From an uncultured Gemmatimonadales bacterium (GTDB taxonomy: Bacteria; Gemmatimonadota; Gemmatimonadetes; Longimicrobiales; RSA9): a DNA stretch of 64,000 bases. Below the pieces are notes generated by a model that saw nothing but the letters and a program-made list of their open reading frames with translations, was not told the DNA's origin and did not search any database. How positions within the stretch are numbered: position 1 is the first letter of the stretch; each line of letters begins with the position of its first letter. Shown piece by piece: positions 58,116-64,000 of the stretch. Where the stretch lies: the NCBI GenBank assembly GCA_963783305.1, contig CAWAMW010000016.1, positions 160,001 through 224,000 of the forward strand, read 5' to 3'. The translations under genes were made by a program, and so were the position numbers.

Positions 58116-59738
58116 CTACTGGGGCATGATCCGCTCGCGGAGCCGGCCCACGTCGGTTTTGGATGCGTGCCGGGGGTCCCGGGGGATCGCCAGCGCCACC
58201 GCGCGGTCAACGGGGATGGGCGCGAGGGCTTCCCGGAGCCGGGCCGCGAGGGCGGCGTCGACGGGGCCGCCGTCTTTCAGTTCCACACAAAGCACCGCCT
58301 CCGCCTCTGCCGCGTCCGCCACCCCCGCACCGCGCACCCCCAGATACGCCGCGTGTGCGACGCCGGGCACCGACAGCGCCCGGACCTCCGCCGCCATGCT
58401 CCACCACGTGTCGCCTCCGCGCGCCACCCGCTGGGAGAGGCGGCCCATGAGCCAGAGGCGGTGGCCGTCGTATCGGGCTCCATCCCCCGTCCGGTGCCAG
58501 ATCGTGGCGCCCTCCCGCACCTTCGTGAGCGCCTCGCTCTCGGGGTCATCGAGGTAGCCCTTCAGCACGTGATCCCCGGCCACGAGGAGCTCACCCGACT
58601 CCCCGTCCGCCACTTCCAGCCCGGCCAGCTCTGCGCCCGCGGGGAGCTCGCCGTCCACCGGCCGGATGATCCGCCACGCGATCTCCGGGACGGGCTCGCC
58701 GGCGCACACGCCCATGGCCCCGGGCTCCGCCGCGGCCCGGACCAGATCGCCGGCGGTGATCCCGGCGATGGGCTCGGCCTCCGTGCTCCCGTAGAGGACG
58801 TGGGCCTCACCGTCCACCTGGCTCGCGAGCTGACGGGCCAGGGGCGGGAAGACGGGGGCGCCGCCGGTGAACAGCGCCCGCACCGGGATGCGACCGTGCA
58901 GCCGCTCGTAGAACGCCGGTGACCCGGACGTGGTTGTGACCCCCTCGCCCGCCATCTGGGCCAGGATCGAATCGGGATCGATCTCGGCGGGGCGGCGCGG
59001 GTCGAAGTCCGGGATCACCGACGTGACGCCCAGCGCCAGGTTGTTCAGGACAAAGACGGGGAGCGTGGGCATGTCCACGTCATCGGGCCGGAGCCCCAGG
59101 TGACCGGCCAGCACCCGGTGCTGCGCCTCGAGGAAGGCGTGGGATCGGACGGCGGCTTTCGGCCGACCCGTGGTGCCGGTGGTGAACGTGACCAGCGCGG
59201 GGGCCGCGCCGGGAACGTCCACCGGTGTGGCGGTCCCGGCTTCGGCCGCCCCGGCCCCACGCCCCAGCCGGAAGGGGCCGGGTCCCGCCCAGAGACGCAC
59301 CGGGATCCGCCGGACGGCCGGGGTCGTGATTCGGAGCAGCTGGGCCCGGGGCGTGCCAATGAACGCGGCGGGGTGGGCCGCCGCCACGGCGTCCCGGAGC
59401 CGGCGCCGGCCGGCCCACGCGTCCACGAACACCGCGGTAGCACCGGCGTGGAGCACGCCCAGGAGCGCCACGTAGAGGTCGATGGACATGGGCACGAAAA
59501 GCAGCACGCGCTGGCCGGGCTCGATCCCTCGACGCCGCAGCTCCTCCCCGACCCCGGCCGCCCGCTGCGCCAGCTCGGCGAACGTGACCACCCGTCGTAG
59601 CCGGCCGCGGCCCTGGATGATGGCCGGGTGCTCGGGCTGTGATCGGGCCCGCGCCTGGAGGCGCGCCGCGATGTTGTCGACCCCGCGGTCGTCCGTCCCG
59701 GCGCCGTCCGTCACGTCCCGTTCGGTCAGGGGGTCCAT
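58116..59738 (-). CDS. AMP-binding adenylate-forming enzyme (OleC-like subfamily)
   Basis: TFTTGTTGRPK, GGAPV, LYGSTEAEPI, WHRTGD, PRDPRHASK. Confidence 0.88.
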   Translation of the reverse strand: MDPLTERDVTDGAGTDDRGVDNIAARLQARARSQPEHPAIIQGRGRLRRVVTFAELAQRAAGVGEELRRRGIEPGQRVLLFVPMSIDLYVALLGVLHAGATAVFVDAWAGRRRLRDAVAAAHPAAFIGTPRAQLLRITTPAVRRIPVRLWAGPGPFRLGRGAGAAEAGTATPVDVPGAAPALVTFTTGTTGRPKAAVRSHAFLEAQHRVLAGHLGLRPDDVDMPTLPVFVLNNLALGVTSVIPDFDPRRPAEIDPDSILAQMAGEGVTTTSGSPAFYERLHGRIPVRALFTGGAPVFPPLARQLASQVDGEAHVLYGSTEAEPIAGITAGDLVRAAAEPGAMGVCAGEPVPEIAWRIIRPVDGELPAGAELAGLEVADGESGELLVAGDHVLKGYLDDPESEALTKVREGATIWHRTGDGARYDGHRLWLMGRLSQRVARGGDTWWSMAAEVRALSVPGVAHAAYLGVRGAGVADAAEAEAVLCVELKDGGPVDAALAARLREALAPIPVDRAVALAIPRDPRHASKTDVGRLRERIMPQ

Positions 59739-60727
59739 CCGTAGAGCGCGTAGTGCCGGAACACGCGGCCGCCGTGGCTGGAGATCTTGAGGGAGTCGTT
59801 GCCCACGTGCATGAGGGCGTGGATCGCCGCATCGTAGCCCTGCTCAGCGGCGCGGCGGTGCGTCTCGTGGACCAGCAGCGACCCCAGTCCCATGCCCCGG
59901 CCGGCGGGCGCCACGGCCAGGGACTTCACCACCACGCGCGTGGGTCGGCCGGCGGGGTCGAGCGGGTCCGGGAAGCTCAGTGCGAAGCCCGCCGCCTCCC
60001 CGTCGCCGGTGCGGGCCACGAGGACCAGCTCCGGGTCCAGCACGTCCTTCATGGGTGCGTACAGCGTACGGAACCGCTCGAAGGAGATGGGTGAGAAGTA
60101 GGGGTTGTCGGCGAACGCCGCGATGCTGACCCGGTACAGCTCATCCAGCGCCACGTCGAACGCGGCGGGGTCGAGGGTCTCGAGCCGGACGCCCTGCTCT
60201 TCCAGAGACCAGGCGGGGGCCCGCGTCCGCTCCGTCAGCGCCGCCAGGTCCTCGACGATCTGGCTCACGTACCACTCCACCACGTCCATCCCCGCTTCCT
60301 CGAAGTGCCGGGGATACTCCGGGGGGTTCGCGGGCTCGGTGAAGAAAGGCGCGCGGTTGCTGGCCGGGGTGGGGAGCGCCAGCCGGTAGCGGTCCCACGT
60401 GGTCCCGTCCATGGGCCCCACCACGCGTTCCGCGCCCGCGTCCGCGAGCCTGACCAGCGATTCCCTCAGCAGCGTAATGCCGGCGGCCTCGTCCCGGGCC
60501 TCGTAATGGCCGATGATCCCCGTGCGCCCCGGCGCCCCGGCGAGGTTGTGGGCGATGCGCAGCGATGCCCGGGCCAACGGCCCCTCCTTCCACCGCGCTA
60601 CCAGCAGACGGGCGTCGTCGTTGGGCGCGCGGGACGGTCCCGCGGCGCCCTCGGGGTCGAGGGACCGGAACAGCCGGAGGTCATTGTCGTCGTTTCGAGC
60701 CAACTCCTGAATCCGGGACTGGCTCAT
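59726..60727 (-). CDS. GNAT-fold N-acyltransferase (tandem GNAT)
   Basis: IGHYEA, VGPMDG.TW..YR, EP.NP.Y, KSLAV.P..RGMGLG (acyl-CoA motif A), IHALMH. Confidence 0.8.
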   Translation of the reverse strand: MSQSRIQELARNDDNDLRLFRSLDPEGAAGPSRAPNDDARLLVARWKEGPLARASLRIAHNLAGAPGRTGIIGHYEARDEAAGITLLRESLVRLADAGAERVVGPMDGTTWDRYRLALPTPASNRAPFFTEPANPPEYPRHFEEAGMDVVEWYVSQIVEDLAALTERTRAPAWSLEEQGVRLETLDPAAFDVALDELYRVSIAAFADNPYFSPISFERFRTLYAPMKDVLDPELVLVARTGDGEAAGFALSFPDPLDPAGRPTRVVVKSLAVAPAGRGMGLGSLLVHETHRRAAEQGYDAAIHALMHVGNDSLKISSHGGRVFRHYALYGWTP

Positions 60728-62976
60728 GGGGACCTCCGTTCAGCGTGGAGGAGGGGGAGGAGGACCGGAAGCAGCAGCAGGTCCGCCACCAGGGCCGCGG
60801 CAACGGCCAGTGTGATCAGCACTCCGAAATACACAATGGACATGGACCCCGCCGCCATCAATACCCCCAGCCCCAGCATCAGCACCAGCGAGGTCAGGAC
60901 CATGGCCGGTCCCGCCGACGCCAGCGCCACCACCGTTGGGGCCGCGGCCCCGGCATCCCCGGCGCCCCCGGCGTCCCCCGCGCGCACCGGGGTCCCACCC
61001 CGCACGGCCTCCCGGTACCGGTGGAGGAAGTGCACGGTGTCATCCACGGCGATGCCCAGGACGATCGCGCCCACCGTGGCCGTGGCGATGTCCAGCGGGA
61101 TGCCCGCCCACCCCATGACGCCGAACACGGCCGCCACGGCAAACAGGTTCGGGGGCACCGCCGCCAGCACCAGCCGCCACGATCGGAGCAGGAGCGCCAG
61201 GACCAGGAACACTCCCGCGAAGGCCAGCGCCAGCCCGGTGAGCGTGCTGGAAACGGTGTAGTCGATGATCCGGACGTAGAGCGGCAGGTAGCCCGTGGCC
61301 GTGATGGTCGCCACCGGCCCCAGGATCGCCTCCCCGGCCGCCCGGAGCGAGCCCACGGCCGCGGCGAAATCCCGGGCCGTGCCCATGGGAACGAAGGCGG
61401 TGACCCGGGTGGCGGTCCGGTCGGCGGTGATGTACGCGGAGACGTCGTCGCCCAGGAGCGACTCCAGATCCCGGAGCCCCGATTCCGCCGCGGTGACGCT
61501 CTCCGGCAGCGCACCTCCCGCCAGCACGAGCAGGTTGGTGAGCCCCAGGGTGCGACCCACGGCAGCCGACGACTCGGCCCCCTCCTGCCACCGCGCCACC
61601 GCCGCCAGCAGGGACGGCTCCAGTACGCTCCCCTCCCGGGCCCGGATGACGAACTCCAGCGGCGTGTACGCCCCGAGATTGGCCTCGATCCACCCGCTGT
61701 CCTCCACCACCGCGTGCCCCTCGGGGAGGAGCCCCAGCGTATGCGTGTCCACCACCACCCGGCCGGCCCCCGCGGCCAGCAGCACGAAGGCGACGGCGAA
61801 CGCCGCCAGTACCGGCCCCCGCCTGCGCTCCAGCCCTGACCCCAGCCCGGCCAGCCGCCGCCCCAGACGATCCCCCGGGGCTCGAACGGGCGGGCGTACG
61901 TCGAGGAGCGCCAGCCCCGCCGCCATGATCACCACCACCAGCCCCCACACCAGCGTCACGCCCACCGCCGCGTACACCCCCAGCTCCCGGATCACCGCCA
62001 TCCGCGACGACGTCAGCGCCAGGAAGGCCAGCGCCGTGGTGACACTCGTGAAGAGGCAGGGCACCGCCATCCGGGACACCACTTCCACGGCCAGAGCACG
62101 CCGGGTAGACCCGTCCCCGGGCGGCCGCTCCCGCCGCGCGCCATACCACGCCATGAGGATGTGGACGCCATCCGCAATACCGATCACCAGGATCAGCGCC
62201 GGCAGTGTGGCCATGACCACGTTCAGCGACCCGCCCGTCCACCCCACGATCCCCGTAGTGGCCGCCGTGGCCGCCAGCGGCCCGGCCAGGGTGAGGGCCA
62301 CCGCCGGCAGCGAGCCCAGGATGAGCCAGAGGAGCCCCGTCATGATCAGGAGCGCCAGCCCCAGGAACAGCGCGCCATCCCGCTCCGTCTGCCGGTTCAG
62401 CCCCTCGTAGAGCACCCCCGTCCCCGCCAGCCGGACCTCGTGGCCCGCCGCCCGGAGTGTGCCGTCCAGCGCCGCGCTCATGGCATCCAGGATCGGCCCC
62501 CGCCGCGCGTCCATGTCCCGACTCGGCTCCAGTCGGGCGATGAGCGCCACGACCTCCGGATCCGGCCCCGACAGCCCCAGCCGTTCCAGCACCGGCCTCG
62601 CCGCTTCCGCCCCCGCCGCCCGCACCAGGGCCGCGCCACTGATCACCGTCGCCACCCCCGGGACCGCCTCCAGCGCTGCCGCCGTCCGTTCCTGCAGCGC
62701 CAGCGCCGCCTCATGACCCGATCCCGTTCCGTCACCCTGCCCCGACGAAACGGTCCGGTACGCCACCACCACCGCCTCATCGTTCCCGAACGTGCCCATG
62801 AACTCCCGGTAGCGCACCAGCGCCGGGTCGTCCTCCACGAACCAGACAGCCAGGCTGTTGTCCGTGGGCACCGCCGCCGCCGGCCACGCCAGCACCACCG
62901 TGATCGCGCCCACCACCCCCAGGGCAATCCAGGGGCGGCGCACGACAATATTGATCAGGCGAGGAATCAGAGACAT
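60724..62976 (-). CDS. MMPL/RND-family lipid exporter
   Basis: Two repeats, IGIADGVH and LGIAVDDTVH; PCLFTSVTT; FG.L; 12-TM layout. Confidence 0.88.
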   Translation of the reverse strand: MSLIPRLINIVVRRPWIALGVVGAITVVLAWPAAAVPTDNSLAVWFVEDDPALVRYREFMGTFGNDEAVVVAYRTVSSGQGDGTGSGHEAALALQERTAAALEAVPGVATVISGAALVRAAGAEAARPVLERLGLSGPDPEVVALIARLEPSRDMDARRGPILDAMSAALDGTLRAAGHEVRLAGTGVLYEGLNRQTERDGALFLGLALLIMTGLLWLILGSLPAVALTLAGPLAATAATTGIVGWTGGSLNVVMATLPALILVIGIADGVHILMAWYGARRERPPGDGSTRRALAVEVVSRMAVPCLFTSVTTALAFLALTSSRMAVIRELGVYAAVGVTLVWGLVVVIMAAGLALLDVRPPVRAPGDRLGRRLAGLGSGLERRRGPVLAAFAVAFVLLAAGAGRVVVDTHTLGLLPEGHAVVEDSGWIEANLGAYTPLEFVIRAREGSVLEPSLLAAVARWQEGAESSAAVGRTLGLTNLLVLAGGALPESVTAAESGLRDLESLLGDDVSAYITADRTATRVTAFVPMGTARDFAAAVGSLRAAGEAILGPVATITATGYLPLYVRIIDYTVSSTLTGLALAFAGVFLVLALLLRSWRLVLAAVPPNLFAVAAVFGVMGWAGIPLDIATATVGAIVLGIAVDDTVHFLHRYREAVRGGTPVRAGDAGGAGDAGAAAPTVVALASAGPAMVLTSLVLMLGLGVLMAAGSMSIVYFGVLITLAVAAALVADLLLLPVLLPLLHAERRSP

Positions 62977-63188
62977 GGCGGTGGGCTCGGGGGGGTGTCC
63001 CCAGTGTACACGCACCGCACGCCCCCGGACAGACTCTCGATGCTGCCCCGCCCCTCCAAACACCCGGCGCGAAGCGCGCGCGTCCAAACAGTCGAGCGCA
63101 GCGAGATGCCCGAACAGCCGAGCCGCAGGCGAGCGACCGCTGTCAAGGCTGGAACCGTCCGCCCGTCGGTCTTATCTTCCCGGCCTTC

Positions 63189-64000
63189 ATGACCACGACT
63201 CCAACGTACCTCCGCGACCTCAATTCCGAGCAGCGCCAGGCGGTCCTTCAGACGGATGGCCCCGTGCTGGTACTGGCCGGCGCCGGCAGCGGGAAGACCA
63301 AGATGCTCGTCCACCGGATCACCCACCTGATCCGGAGCGGCGTGGCCCAGCCCTGGCAGATCCTGGCGGTGACCTTCACCAACAAGGCCGCCACCGAGAT
63401 GCGGGAACGGGTGGCGGCCTTCGCGGGCGACGCGGCCAAGGACGTGGTCATCTCCACCTTCCACTCCCTGGGCGTCCGCATCCTCCGGGAGCACGGCGAG
63501 TCGCTGGGCCTCCCGAAGCGCTTTGCCATCTACGACACCCGGGACCAGCTTGGCGCCCTCAAGACCGCCGCCGCCGAGGTCCACGTCGATGACAGCACCT
63601 TCGACCTGCCCCTGGTGCTCCGGCAGATCTCCGACTGGAAGACCCGCGGCATGTCTCCCGAGCAGGCCCGGGCCGCCGTCATGGCGGAGCAGGGGAGTGG
63701 CACCCGCGCCGACGATTACGCGATCCTCGCCGCCGACACCTACCCCCGCTACCAGGACGTGCTCCGGGCGTGCGGCGCCGTGGATTTCGACGACCTGCTC
63801 CTACTGCCCGTCAAGCTCCTCGAGGAGAACGAGGAGGCCCGCCGCGCCCTCTGGCGACGCTGGCACTACGTCATGATCGATGAGTACCAGGACACCAATG
63901 GCGTTCAGCTCGACATGGCCCGGCACCTGGCTGGAGGCCGCCGGAACCTGTGCGTGGTCGGCGATGATGACCAGTCGATCTACGCGTTCCGGGGCGCCGA
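63189..64000 (+). CDS. UvrD/PcrA/Rep ATP-dependent DNA helicase, 3'-truncated
   Basis: Manual translation: LNSEQRQAV..DGPVLVLAGAGSGKT, ILAVTFTNKAA.EM, STFHS, DFDDLL, IDEYQDTN, VVGDDDQSIY.FRGA. Confidence 0.95.
   Translation, partial: MTTTPTYLRDLNSEQRQAVLQTDGPVLVLAGAGSGKTKMLVHRITHLIRSGVAQPWQILAVTFTNKAATEMRERVAAFAGDAAKDVVISTFHSLGVRILREHGESLGLPKRFAIYDTRDQLGALKTAAAEVHVDDSTFDLPLVLRQISDWKTRGMSPEQARAAVMAEQGSGTRADDYAILAADTYPRYQDVLRACGAVDFDDLLLLPVKLLEENEEARRALWRRWHYVMIDEYQDTNGVQLDMARHLAGGRRNLCVVGDDDQSIYAFRGA

Overview
High-GC bacterial chromosome segment with about 52 densely packed CDSs. Gene content tentatively suggests Gemmatimonadota, but this is an inference. I found no rRNA, tRNA or CRISPR array. 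Ordinary housekeeping genes include PBP1A, Tex, an M16 peptidase pair, an M28 peptidase, an aldo/keto reductase, YigZ, an L,D-transpeptidase, TerC and a UvrD/PcrA helicase. Highlights: (1) An 8-gene cluster at 50.4-63.0 kb encodes a class I HMG-CoA reductase, a UbiA-like protein, a rifampin-phosphotransferase-type dikinase, a DUF3419/BtaA-like protein and a phytol/dolichol-kinase-like protein, converging on MMPL, GNAT and AMP-ligase genes. It looks like an uncharacterised lipid/isoprenoid biosynthesis-and-export system. (2) A signal-peptide-bearing peroxiredoxin has TGA as its catalytic codon, followed by a SECIS-like hairpin; this hidden selenoprotein is split in two by the ORF track. (3) A DUF4956 gene is coupled to a CYTH-like::PPK1 fusion. 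(4) A 2-oxoacid oxidoreductase delta subunit carries an inserted GltD-like NAD(P) module, next to an amine oxidase, decarboxylase and carbonic anhydrase gene run. (5) An IS1595-like element has 31-bp inverted repeats but a transposase that appears to lack its catalytic residues. (6) A tupA/feoB divergon carries a Fur box and a structured leader. All family assignments come from motif recognition by eye, not database searches, and start codons are best estimates.
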